A stretch of DNA of 63,930 nucleotides, filler included, from Octopus bimaculoides (lineage: Eukaryota), in assembly GCF_001194135.2 (NCBI RefSeq). It is 5 parts of 5 records of this genome, joined end to end, with 100 filler letters (N's around TTAATTAATTAA, not from the genome) between each part and the next. Parts side by side here need not be neighbours in the genome. Positions count along the whole stretch, not along the records: positions 9,925 to 40,930 come from NC_068996.1; 4 more parts are not named here. One strand, written 5' to 3'. Below the pieces are notes generated by a model that was given only the letters and a program-made list of their open reading frames with translations, did not search any database and was not told where the DNA came from. The position numbers were made by a program, and so were the translations under genes. Position 1 is the first letter of the stretch. Every line of letters begins with the position of its first letter. This document shows, in pieces, positions 12,751 to 24,346 of this stretch.

Positions 12751-13929
12751 ATCTGTCTGTCTATCTTATCTATCTATCTGTCTGTCTGTCTGTCCGTCCG
12801 TCCGCCCGTCAGTCTGTCTGTCTGCCTGCCTGTCTGTCTGTCAGTCTGCCTGTCCATCTGTCTGTCTGTCTGTGTATCTATCTATCACACAAGTAAAGTA
12901 TTGATTTTGTTGACAATCATGTACATTACTGAAGCACCACAGAGCAGTAAACGGTTTCCTATTTCACTTGTTTTGATCCCTGCTTGTAGCCATTTCACTG
13001 CACTTACGATGAAAATCAGAGTGGGCAAAATGAAATTACATTTGCTCAACTGATAAATCAAAGGTCACATGACTATGTATTGAAGAAATGTTTAAGAATA
13101 ATTTCCTAAATACCAATTATGTATAAATACCAAATCTTATCTCTTAAGCCAACAAAGCAACTTCTAATTGGTTTCTTGACCTGCTAGAAATAGTAACAAA
13201 CTCATTACCTATAACTTTATAAAAGGACACTCCCAGGTGCATTGTGCTTGATAAACAATTGAAATGGTTGAAATGGTTACAGTTGGAACGTTTTAAAATC
13301 ATAGATTTGTTCTATCAGGGCTGGCCTTGTGCTAGAACAATTGGAACAACCATCTTGTATGTTTATGTTTACTGTTTATTCTTCTTTATGGCATTCACTA
13401 ATTTTTCGTATACTTACCAACAACAATTATGGTGATATGAGGTTCTAGAGAAGGTCTGTCCATTTCAGTGAATTTGAGTTCTAGTAGTGTTGAGTTCCAC
13501 CCACATGTAACAATAAAATTTTCATACACCCTGCTCCAACAAACTAAACTACATACCCCTTTTCCAAACTGTTTCTCTTCTCTTCCTCACATTCCACACT
13601 GTGAAGTGGTTGGCATCCAGCTTTGAAAACCATGAAAACCATGCCAAAACTGACCTCACCTGTGCTGGTGCCACATAAAAAGTACTCAGCCCACTCTGAA
13701 GGGTGGTCGGTGTTAGGAAGGGCATCCAGCCATAAAAAACCCTGCCAAAACAGACAGTGAAGCTTGGTGCAGTCTTCTACCTGGACAGCTCATGACAGTA
13801 TGAAAGGAGGACGTTAAACAATGATGATGATGATGATGATCCCTGAACAGTTATGCATTTCTCCCATCATTTAACAAGGTTGTTAATACCTTTTCAATAA
13901 AAATCCAAAGATTATGATGCCAAGAAATA

Positions 13930-14170
13930 TTTAAATTCAGCTTCGACTTCTGTTTTGTTCCGCTATTGTTTTCAAAGGGTGGATGGACGTCCTCTACCTT
14001 CTTGTTCTTCAAAGCTCTCATCCTTACTATGGAATCTCTCAAACCACTGTCGTATTGTCCAATCACTAGTGGACCCTTCACCTCATGCTCTATTGATATT
14101 GGCAGCTGTTTGGGAAGCATTATGTCCAAGCTTGAATTCATGCAAAAAAAGTAACCACATTTCTTGTTTA
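13930..14170 (-). pseudogene. Mariner (Hsmar1-like) transposase N-terminal relic
   Basis: Minus frame not in the ORF track: LHEFKLGHNASQTAANINRA*GEGSTSDWTIRQWFERFHSKDESFEEQEGRGRPS, a mariner HTH with an in-frame stop. Confidence 0.85.
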
Positions 14171-14368
14171 CTCATGTTTGAAATTAAGAATTTCTATGCT
14201 TCAAAATTATATTCTGAAAGAAATCAATAAAAATCTATTAACGAGTACATGTCAATTATTAAGCATGTAACATTTCATCTAAAACACTACAAAGGTAACA
14301 TCTTAAATCGAATTTGCAAAAATGTTTTAAAAAAATCTGACAGTATTTTCTGAACAACCTAATATCTA

Positions 14369-14400
<32 letters not shown>

Positions 14401-15416
14401 TCCATGCATCTATGCTTGTCTTTCTGTCTATCTATCTATCTATCTATCCATCCATCCATCCATCCATGCCATGCCATGCCATGCCATGCCTGTCTTTCTG
14501 TCTATCTGTCTATCTATTTATCTATCTAGCTATCAGCCTGTCTGTCTGACTCTAACCTAAGATTTATTGTCATTTCACTCATATGATTCTGTTGTTGTTG
14601 TTTGGCCTAAGCTTAGCTCTGATCCAACAGACCTATATTCAATGGTGTTCCAGCTTGGACTGTGCCATTTTTTTTCATGGCATAATATATCTAAGACTAC
14701 ATTATCCAATATGTATTCACTTCCATTTTCAAATTTTCTGCAACATTATTTGCAATTAAATACACAGCACATATGGTTTAATTAATTCATTTTGAAAAGT
14801 AATCAACCTGAAAAATAATTTCCAAATTCTTAATTTATTTTAATGCAAGGCATCTATACATACGTATTTGTGTTTGTGTGTGTGTGCATGTATGCATGCA
14901 TGCATGCATGCGTGTGCACGCACACACATATACATACTCTCTCTCTCTCATACATACACATGTATTTGATAAGACCCAGAATTTGGAGAGGATTTTGTTT
15001 TTCATTATTAAATTGATAAATAAAACGTAACTAACAACTATGATGGGAGACTTGGGATTAATTCCAAAATGGATACAAGGAAATGAGAGATTTTGTATCA
15101 TAAACCAAAACCCATGCTACGGCACAGGACATCAATAGGATTTTAAGAGTAATATGTGATGTGGCTGTTATTACTAGCAGGGCAGCAGGTAAGCACATAG
15201 AGACTCTTGTTATTAAACAGACGTTCAATTGTTAAAACCTCAAGGGAGACTACTCACAGTAACATTCAAGAAATTCGAAAAATAGCGAAACAACTCGGAT
15301 ACTACTCATTGCTGAAACTATTAGTAACTTGTATATGGAAATATGCATTTTGGGTTGAGCTTTGTGTGCATGCATCTATCTGTCGGTCTGACTAGATATG
15401 TGTGCAGTTTTATATT

Positions 15417-15563
15417 TAAGAGATGAGCAATTATGTACATTATTTACAATTGACAGATATTGGTCCTCATCTTGTTTGTTGTTAACACAATGTTTCGGCT
15501 GATATACCCTCCTCCAGCCTTCATCAGGTGTCTTGGGAAATTTCAAGCCTGGGTATTTTTCGA

Positions 15564-15597
<34 letters not shown>

Positions 15598-15665
15598 GTT
15601 AAGGTCACCGCTTGGAATCGAACTCGGAATCTTGGGGTTAGTAGAATTCAAGCTGTAATTACTGC
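15417..15665 (-). mobile_element. SINE-like composite: tRNA-like head, (AAT)n, hammerhead motif, terminal hairpin
   Basis: B box GAGTTCGATTCC at 15614-15625 (minus), (AAT)n at about 15565-15597, hammerhead at 15484-15532, hairpin at 15417-15473. Confidence 0.65.
15484..15532 (-). ncRNA. Minimal type I hammerhead ribozyme motif, probably inactivated by one substitution
   Basis: GACAC-CTGATGA-A-GGCTG-(13 nt)-CAGCC-GAAA-CATT-GTGTT. Stems I and II pair. The expected ACGT palindrome reads ACAT. Confidence 0.7.
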
Positions 15666-16361
15666 CAAAGGTGGTCCTATCCCATATTAAAATAAATTTG
15701 TTTGAAATTTTAAGGTGTTTCCATTATTTTGTCCAACCCCTACATGTACACACAATGTGCATGCATACAACAGGCTTCTTTCAGTTTCTGTCAACTTAAT
15801 CCCCTCACAAGGTTTCTTATAGTAGAAAACATTTGCCAAAAGTGCTTTTCACAGTGTGACTGCACCTGAAATCTTGTGGCTGGGATGCAAGCTTCTTAAA
15901 AACATGCCTGCAGACATCCATGTATATGTGCATTTCTATTTATATGTATCTGTATATGTACATCTATATGTATATATATGTATCTGTGTATGTTTGTATA
16001 AGTATGTTACTGGTTCTCCAGTTTTTGCAATCATTATTCAATTGCTTGATCAACAGAATTGCCTTCTCATGGAATGATTGTAAAAGTGGCTGAGTATTCC
16101 GCAGACATTTATACGTTTAATATAATTGTCTGGCAGAACCAGTGTAACATAATGATATTTTGGATTGCAGGTACAATGGGCTTCTATACACTTTCCATCT
16201 ATCCAGTTTCTCTTACAAGGTATGAGTTGACTTTAAGGTAAGGAAAATAACATTTGTGCAAGATGGTATGCAGGGAAATTGAACTTAGGATCTTATAGCT
16301 GTAAAGCAAACCTTTTAAGCATTTGACCACACTGTGCTTATATGTGTGTGTATACATATAT

Positions 16362-17490
16362 ATCGAAGGGCCTTAAAGTCAATCTAGCAAAAACCAACGC
16401 CTTAGTAAGTAGGAAGGCAGACAAATCACAAATCCCTTCAGGTAGATGGCCCTGCTCGATCTGTAGAAAAGGCGTAGGTAGAAAGTCCATAAGATGTACC
16501 TGGTGTAAGCTATGGTTACATAAGAGGTGCAGCAATATCAAAGGAAGGCTAACTGGGAAGATAATTTTTGTGTGGCAAATGCTCAGAGGCAATAAACGCT
16601 GAAAATATGCAGAAAACAGCTTCTGCCACATGCCAGGGGGAAAAACTAGAAGCGGTTGATAGCTTCCTTTTCCTAGGTGAGCAAGTCAGTAGCTGGGGTG
16701 GGTGCTCTGAAAGTGTAGCTGCTAGAATAAGAATAGCCTGGGCAAAGTTCAGAGAGTTCCTACCTCTGCTGGTGACAAAGGGCCTCTCGCTCAGAGTAAA
16801 AGGTAGACTATGACACGTGTGCGAAAAGCCATGCTAGATGGCAGTGAAACATGGGCTGTGACTGCTGAGGACATGCATAAGCTTGCAAGAAATGAAGTTA
16901 GTATGCTCTGCTGGATGTGTAATGTCAGTGTGCATACATGACATAGTGTAAGCGCCCTGAGAGAAAAGTTGGACATAAGAAGCATCAGATGTGTTGTGCA
17001 AGAGAAATGACTGCACTGTGTTGAGTATAGATGAGGACAGCTGTGTGAAAAAGTGTCACACCTTAGCAGTAGAGGGAATCTGTGGAAGAGGTAGACCCAG
17101 GAAGACCTGGGCTGATGTGGTGAAGCATGACCTTCGAATGTTGGACCTCAAGGAGGCAATGACGAGTGACCAAGACCTTTGGAGATACGCTGTGCTTGAG
17201 AAGACCCGGCAAGTCAAGTGAGATTGTAACTATGGCCTATGCCAGTGTAGCATAACCAGCCTATTTAAGAGTATCCTTCAATCATTGGGCAATGAACTGT
17301 ACTTGAGTCAAGTGAGATCATTGTCGTGGCTGATACCAGTACCGACTGACTTGCATCCGTGCCAGTGACACGTAAAAAGCACCAAGTGTGGATGTTGTCA
17401 GTACCACCTGACTGGCTTTCATGCCTGTGGCACATGAAAAGCACCATTTAAGCATGGTTGTTGGATCCCATGCTAGTGGTATGTAAAAAG
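16362..17490 (+). mobile_element. 5'-truncated RTE-clade LINE (RT C-terminal region with a PHD-like finger) plus part of its 3' UTR
   Basis: GLKVNLAKT, RIRIAWAKFRE..PLL, GSETWAV and GRGRPRKTWADVVKHDL across frameshifted ORFs. Confidence 0.9.
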
Positions 17491-17910
17491 CACGATTATT
17501 TAGCTAAACCTAACCCTAAAACCCTAACTCTAAAACCCAAACCCTAACCCTAAAACTAAAACCAGTACAAACACACGAATGATGTCATAAATAACAGTAC
17601 CGCCGATAGTTGTTGTTGACAAACAACGGCACTAATTTTATTCAAGGTAAAAGATCCCATGACACCGCTAGAATGTGTTGTTTACATTCCACAGCAGTAA
17701 TTGTTTTCACCTCAATAGACGTCAGTGATTGGTTGAAATTACCAAAATACAACAACTTTTAACATGAAATAACTTGAAATATAAAAATTTTTCTCTGTTC
17801 TATAAGACAAAATATACAAGTATACGAAGTTTTAAAGTGTTTCGGTAGAAAACACATTAAATAAAACATAAATAAAAAGTGGTGTCCGCTAAATCAGAAA
17901 GATCCATAAT
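17490..17910. mobile_element. Non-autonomous DNA element with degenerate (TAACCC)n at one end
   Basis: TAACCC-like repeats at about 17505-17545. The body shares GACGTCAGTGATTGGTTGAAATTAC with the arms at 44868-45403. Confidence 0.6.
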
Positions 17911-18546
17911 CCTTTCTAGTATAGGCACAAAACCTGAAATTTGTGGGGAGAGGACTAGTCGATTACAACAACCCCAGTGTTTCACTGGTACTTAATTTAT
18001 TGACCTCGAAAGGATGAAAAGCAAAGTCGACCTTAGTGGAATTTGAACTCAGAACGTAGTGACAGGTGAAATACTGCAAAGCATTTCATCCAGTGTGCTA
18101 ATGATTCTGTCAGCTTGTCACTTTAATAATAATAATTATTTCTTTATTGCCCACAAGGGGGCTAAACATAGAGGGGACAAACAAGGACAGACAAAGGGAT
18201 TAAGTCGATTACATTGACCCCAGTACGTAACTGGTACTTATTTAATCGATCCTGAAAGGATGAAAGGCAAAGTCGACCTCGGCGGAATTTGAACTCAGAA
18301 CATAGTGGCAGACGAAATACCTATTTCGTTATTGCCCACAAGGGGCTAAACATAGAGGGAACAAACAAGAACAGAGGAACGGATTAAGTCGATTACATCG
18401 ACCCCAGTGCGTAACTGGTACTTAATTTATCGACCCCGAAAGGATGAAAGGCAAAGTCGACCTCGGCGGAATTTGAACTCAGAACGTAACGGCAGACGAA
18501 ATACCGCTGAGCATTTCGCCCGGCGTGCTAATGTTTCTGCCAGCTC
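17908..18546 (-). mobile_element. Three adjacent family B SINE copies
   Basis: GAAAGGATGAAAGGCAAAGTCGACC...GGAATTTGAACTCAGAAC repeated near 18010, 18255 and 18440. Confidence 0.88.
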
Positions 18547-19103
18547 GGAGAGCACAAACCTCTGCCATGGCAACACCAATGTCCTCTCAATGATTAGCCA
18601 GAGATGATTCTTAAAATGAGAATATCTGAAATAAAATCAACTGCTCTTACAAACAAACATACTAATCAATCTCAATGGGAGTCATGGAATATGCAAGTGG
18701 GTGTTCAGGCAGTGTTTGTAATGCTGCATGTGTGTTGAATGGGTAATGAAAATATTTGCATGACTTGAGCGCACAGACATGTCGATGAGTCTTTGGGAGT
18801 CATTACACAAAAGTTTTGGAAAGATTGGTTGAAATGCAACAGGAACTTTGGTAGAGAAACATAATTAAACATAAAAATTATAATTGTAATGAAATGCATA
18901 CTGTATCGTGGTCTTAAATTCTGGTCTTCTTTTAGTAATCCTCTTGTTTTAGATCGATGTATAGAATTATGTATATATGTAAGTATACTGTAAAGTGTTA
19001 AAATATATGTATAATCTCCTTATATAATTAATAATGAGCATTGTCTTTTTATATATTTGTGTGTGTGTGTATATATACATGTGTGTATATATATATATAT
19101 ATA

Positions 19104-20115
19104 TGTAGGAACGACTGTGTGAACTCAAAAAGGAGATATGCTGACGAATGGAAAAACAGAGGACTCCTTTTATTTAAACGTGTCACACGGTCGAACACAA
19201 AATAATATATATCAATGATGATATACATAATATGTTATGCGACGATAACATAGATGACCAGCAATGAAAGACCACAACCGTATTAGATGAATAACAGAGA
19301 TATTTATTGTAGCGTTAAAGATGTATGTCTGTGTGAGAGTGTGAATGCGACATATAAGAACATAATCAAAGACAGGCCGTCGTACAAAGAAAAGTGTGTA
19401 TGTGAGTGATACATGTGTGAGTTATTACAGCAGATAGAAATAATCAGTAAATGACATGTGAGCAATTATACCAGTTCGTTAGTACACTNNNNNNNNNNNN
19501 NNNNNNNNNNNNNNNNNNNNNNNNNNNNNNNNNNNNNNNNNNNNNNNNNNNNNNNNNNNNNNNNNNNNNNNNNNNNNNNNNNNNNNNNNNNNNNNNNNNN
19601 NNNNNNNNNNNNNNNNNNNNNNNNNNNNNNNNNNNNNNNNNNNNNNNNNNNNNNNNNNNNNNNNNNNNNNNNNNNNNNNNNNNNNNNNNNNNNNNNNNNN
19701 NNNNNNNNNNNNNNNNNNNNNNNNNNNNNNNNNNNNNNNNNNNNNNNNNNNNNNNNNNNNNNNNNNNNNNNNNNNNNNNNNNNNNNNNNNNNNNNNNNNN
19801 NNNNNNNNNNNNNNNNNNNNNNNNNNNNNNNNNNNNNNNNNNNNNNNNNNNNNNNNNNNNNNNNNNNNNNNNNNNNNNNNNNNNNNNNNNNNNNNNNNNN
19901 NNNNNNNNNNNNNNNNNNNNNNNNNNNNNNNNNNNNNNNNTGGTCAGTTTGCGTTCTGGCGGGAACGGTTCGAAGAAGTTGCCGATTTGAATAATGATCA
20001 GTCACGTGATGACAAGGAATGGGTTCTCTACTACGCTCGCATTTATTTATATTTAAATGAGAAGATTGTATGTAATGGCGATAGCAGTTTTGTATCTAGT
20101 GACGATAGGTAGTTT

Positions 20116-20122
<7 letters not shown>
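19104..20122. mobile_element. Probable solo LTR inserted in a (TA)n microsatellite
   Basis: Begins TGTAG and ends CTACA, flanked by (TA)n on both sides, non-coding. The middle is an N gap. Confidence 0.55.
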
Positions 20123-20149
<27 letters not shown>

Positions 20150-20302
20150 CATCATCATCATCATCATCATCGTTTAACGTCCGCTTTGCATGCTAGCATG
20201 GGTTGGACGATTTGACTGAGGACTGGTGAAACCGGATGGCAACACCAGGCTCCAATCTAAATTTGGCAGAGTTTCTACAGCTGGATGCCCTTCCTAACGC
20301 CA
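20150..20302 (-). mobile_element. Family D repeat (V-domain-like motif + RTE-type 3' tail with (GAT)n)
   Basis: GGCGTTAGGAAGGGCATCCAGCTGTAGAAACTCTGCC...CCAACCCATGCTAGCATG..AAGCGGACGTTAAACGATGATG. Other copies near 13600-13840, 27840, 29370, 30955, 32645, 33980, 36190 and 43370. Confidence 0.8.
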
Positions 20303-20689
20303 AATTATATATATATAAAATAAAATAAAATAAAATAGAGCCGGAGTGAGAGGTGAAGCTAGAGGAGATAAATGGCAAAGAGAGTGTCGTGTGAATGAAA
20401 GAGGAAGGGGTGATAGATGAATAACGAAGGAAGGAGTGAAAAAGCCAATAAACAACGTATGAAGTGTGAGTATATGTGTGTGTAAAAGTGAGGTATGTTT
20501 GCGTGCATGTGTGTGTATGTACGTGCGTGTGGGTGGGTGTTGGTGTGTGTACAATGGAAATGGGATGGTAATGTTCAACGCTGAAAATGTGTGAGTGTAT
20601 GTGTGTGTGTGTATATACAAGATAACCACATGAAATTTTATATATACATGTAAAGTAAAGAAAATATAAAAGATAAACCAGAATCCTTG

Positions 20690-20800
20690 TCTGGTACTTG
20701 ATCAAAACCTTATCAGACGGGTAGTCATGATGGGTACATGGGGCTTTGTATAATTGTACCCCAGTGTCACTTTGATGGCATGTACTGCTCTCTCTCACTC

Positions 20801-20841
<41 letters not shown>

Positions 20842-21695
20842 TGATGATGATACCAGGCAGTGCCACTCATGGCTTCTGATCGTAACTGATTGGAAGTGTT
20901 ATTATCATGTAGATGGTTTGTCTTGGTATAAAAGATGGGCTACAGCAAATATTCTGCTCAATACCACAGATTTGCTTGTCAGTTGTTTGACCTTAACCAG
21001 TTGAGCATGTCCCTTGGTGGCTGACGATATGTACATCTCTGATCATGAGTAGAAGGCTACTCGACNNNNNNNNNNNNNNNNNNNNNNNNNNNNNNNNNNN
21101 NNNNNNNNNNNNNNNNNNNNNNNNNNNNNNNNNNNNNNNNNNNNNNNNNNNNNNNNNNNNNNNNNNNNNNNNNNNNNNNNNNNNNNNNNNNNNNNNNNNN
21201 NNNNNNNNNNNNNNNNNNNNNNNNNNNNNNNNNNNNNNNNNNNNNNNNNNNNNNNNNNNNNNNNNNNNNNNNNNTGATCATGAGTAGAAGGCTACTCGAT
21301 TTGCTTGTCAGTTGTTTGACCTTAACCAGTTGAGCATGTCCCTTGGTGGCTGACGATATGTACATCTCTGATCATGAGTAGAAGGCTACTCGATTTGCTT
21401 GTCAGTTGTTTGACCTTAACCAGTTGAGCATGTCCCTTGGTGGCTGACGATATGTACATCTCTGATCATGAGTAGAAGGCTACTCGACTTGAAGAAAATT
21501 GTAACTAGTCCCCACCTGCAAGGTCATGCACTGTTTACCTTGATATGAGGTCACCATGTCATGCATGTGCCTGGTGTACCCTTATCAGATGAGTAGTCAT
21601 GATGGATATATTGGGCTTTGGATATTTATTTGTGTTCCTGTGTCACTTTGAATGGCATGTACGGTTCTCTTATTCAATAATAATAATAATAATAA
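20690..21695 (+). mobile_element. Head-to-tail copies of the (TAA)n-flanked element with an internal 94-bp tandem duplication
   Basis: A 3' end plus (TAA)n at 20690-20840, then a second copy ending in (TAA)n at about 21680. The 94-bp unit recurs at 21298 and 21392. Confidence 0.75.
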
Positions 21696-21696
21696 T

Positions 21697-21915
21697 CCTT
21701 TCTACTATAGGCACAAGACCTGAAATTTGGAGGAGGGAATAGGTGATTACATTGGCCCAAATACTCAACCCCGAAAAAATGAAAGGCAAAGCTGACCCCA
21801 AAAGGATAAAAGGCAAAGTCAACCGCAGTGGAATTTGAACTCAGAATGTGAAGACAGATGAAATACCGCTAAGCATTTCATCCGGTGTGCTAATGATTCT
21901 GCCAGCTCATCACCT
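21697..21915 (-). mobile_element. Family B SINE with the alternative tail
   Basis: Nin-like core joined to the CCTTTCTACTATAGGCACAAG tail, as at 17908-18130. Confidence 0.75.
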
Positions 21916-22132
21916 TCAGTAATAATAATAATAACAGTCACCACCTCCACATTCATCATTATACATCCATATGAGAAAAAAGAATTCATTTTTATAATTT
22001 AGAGTTAAATTTTACTTTTGCTGCTGAAATTTTAAAACAATAATCTTTACACCATTTACAAATACCATATACAGGTCGTTTTTCAGCCACCTCAGCATGA
22101 TCATTCATACAATGATAATAAATAATGTAATC

Positions 22133-22159
22133 TTTATTAAATTAATACAGTTCTTTATT
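22133..22159 (-). promoter_or_regulatory. Two candidate AATAAA polyadenylation signals for PIK3R4
   Basis: TTTATT on the plus strand at 22154-22159 and 22133-22138, about 45-70 nt after the stop. Background AT content is high, so this is tentative. Confidence 0.4.
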
Positions 22160-22203
22160 AAATTGTTCGTGTTTTTTTTGTTTTTTTCCTTTCCTTTTTT
22201 TTT

Positions 22204-22405
22204 TTACTTCCATACTTTAACAACGCCATCATACGAAGCAGTAACAACTAGATATTGCGATGTGTAGCACATGTTTACGTCATTGATAATGTCTTTGTGG
22301 CCAGGTGAAGGTGTTTTAGGGTATCTGCCAGGCATGTCGTCAGTGGGACCAGGTTTGGTAACACAGGATTCTATGATAACTTCTGTTCCATCAACAAGTC
22401 GGGAG
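22204..22405 (-). CDS. PIK3R4: PIK3R4/VPS15 last coding exon (SRLVDGTEVI...GHKDIINDV...VVTASYDGVVKVWK-stop)
   Basis: Matches the recalled VPS15 C-terminus (GHHDIITDV...VTASRDGIVKVWK). Acceptor ctgtag, TAA stop at 22204-22206. Confidence 0.97.
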
Positions 22406-22619
22406 CTACAGATAGAAAATAAACCGTTGAAAAAACAAATAAAATGATGGTTTAACAAATAAAATGGTGCAAAGAATATTAATCCCTGCTATAACTGAGC
22501 TTATGTAAGTATATCTATGTATGTAACTGAAACACTCTCAGCTCTCTCACCATCAACTGGAAATCATGTTTCCAACAAAAAACTGCATGCATGCTCACAT
22601 CAGCCCACAGCCCCCCACC

Positions 22620-22875
22620 TCATAGCTGTCTGTCACATGTGCTGGTACACACATGTCCTTCATCTCCCACTAGATCATCCTACCAGGGCTTTATTCTCAT
22701 TCGATGCAGCAGCTATGAGCTGGAAGAGGCCTTGTGGCAGGCCCCACATCAGATGGCTGGATGTGATTGGGGAAGATCTCCAAAGGCTCAACATCACTTT
22801 GGCAGGTGCAGAGGGGCTGGCACAGGATTGCCAGCAACAGAGAACACTGGTGGACCTGGCTGGCTCTATACATGA
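22620..22875 (+). mobile_element. RTE-like LINE 3' fragment in the last PIK3R4 intron
   Basis: HVLHLPLDHPTR...WKRPCGRPHIRWLDVIGEDL, the RTE C-terminal GRPxxRW motif. Confidence 0.75.
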
Positions 22876-23714
22876 TGACGCTTCTGGGACCACTAACTTG
22901 GAACGCCCCCCCCGCCCCCGCCCCCCACCTCACAGCCCCATCAAGCAAGAGCATGAAGCTAAGAAGCCAAATAAATCCAAATCATTGTTCTGAAGTAATG
23001 AAATAGAAGTAACTTTTACCTCACTCTGCCTCTTATACTAACAATTTCTCTTAAAAGAGAGAGAGAGAGAGAGAGAAATAATGGTCTGCCTGTTGTAGTG
23101 CTAAGGAAGTTGACTTCAGTATATGTCAGCAGGTTTCTGTGTTCAACAAAGAGCTTCCTCATGCTTGCTTACCAGCTAGAAATATCAACCAAATCTTACC
23201 CTACATCTTCAACAAAAGATACACTGGACAATGCAGTTCCTCACACACAAAAGCATGAGATGGTTGTCACTTTCATCATAGGACTGTCTGATCAGGGCTG
23301 ATCTGATCTGGGGCTAAAGAACAACAACAACAACTACCACCAAGTTTACTTTGAGTCAACAACAGCTCTGTGTCATCACTCAAGCTGCTCAAATCCTACA
23401 TGTTGTCACATTATTCTTCTACTACTACTACTACTATACTTGCCTCTGCTCCTCACAAGCTCCCTAATTGCAGGCCACCACTGACAGACTTATCTCTCTC
23501 CTCCTCATCTCATACTCTTCTTCATAGTGTGTCTTCACCCCAGGACCCCACATTACTCCTTAAACTCACTCCTTCCTCTTTGGGTCATCAGCTCTCTGGA
23601 ATTCCCTTTCCAGCTATATGTTTTTGTCTGCAGTCAGTGATCATCAGGGGCCACCACTTTCACTATTTGAGGAAGGCTTTTGCAAAGGCTATGGCAGCAG
23701 ACCTATCCTCTTGA

Positions 23715-24346
23715 TTAACCCTTTTGTTACCATATTTCTGTTGAGATGCTCTGTGTCTCTTCCAATTAATTTTAAATATAACAAAGAATTTAGTAAAATA
23801 ACTTGTTAGGAGCATAAATTGTGACTAAAGTTTGGTGGAAGATTTTAATTCAGAGCTTATGAAAACAAGACATTTGTACTCAGAGCCAGAACCAGTTTCA
23901 GCCAAGTTGGTATTGAATGGGTTACATATAACAAAGAATTTAGTAAAATAAATTAGTTATCATTCAGCTGGTGTTAGGAACAAAAATTGTGACTAAGGTT
24001 TGGTGGAAGATTTTAATTCAGAGCTTATGAAAACAAGACATTTGTACTCAGGGCCAGAACCAGTTTCAGCTGGGTTAGTATCTAAAGGTTTAAGAATTGT
24101 TTCTCTATTATATATTTTAACCCTTTTGTTACCATATTTCTGATGAGATGCTCTGTGTTTCTTACAATTAATTTTAACTGTAACAAAGAACTTAGTAAAA
24201 TAACTTAGTTATCATTAAGCTAGTGTTAGGAACATAAATTGTGACTAAGGTTTGGTGGAAGATTTTAATTCAAAACTTATGAAAACAAGACAGTTGTACT
24301 ACAGAGCCAGAGCCAGTTTCAGCCGGGTTGGTAACGAAAGGGTTAA
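23715..24346. mobile_element. Tandem cluster of three TTAA-flanked (piggyBac-like) MITE copies
   Basis: Complete copy 24117-24346: TTAA-CCCTTTTGTTACC...GGTAACGAAAGGG-TTAA. Two more copies lie upstream. Confidence 0.8.

Noticed and set aside
19140-19160. CTGACGA...GAAA hammerhead-like match
   Set aside because: No stem II or stem I pairing.
20990-21480. CTGACGA within the 94-bp unit as a hammerhead core
   Set aside because: No downstream stem II followed by GAAA.
21275-21490. CRISPR-like array
   Set aside because: Identical tandem units with no spacers, eukaryotic context and no cas genes.
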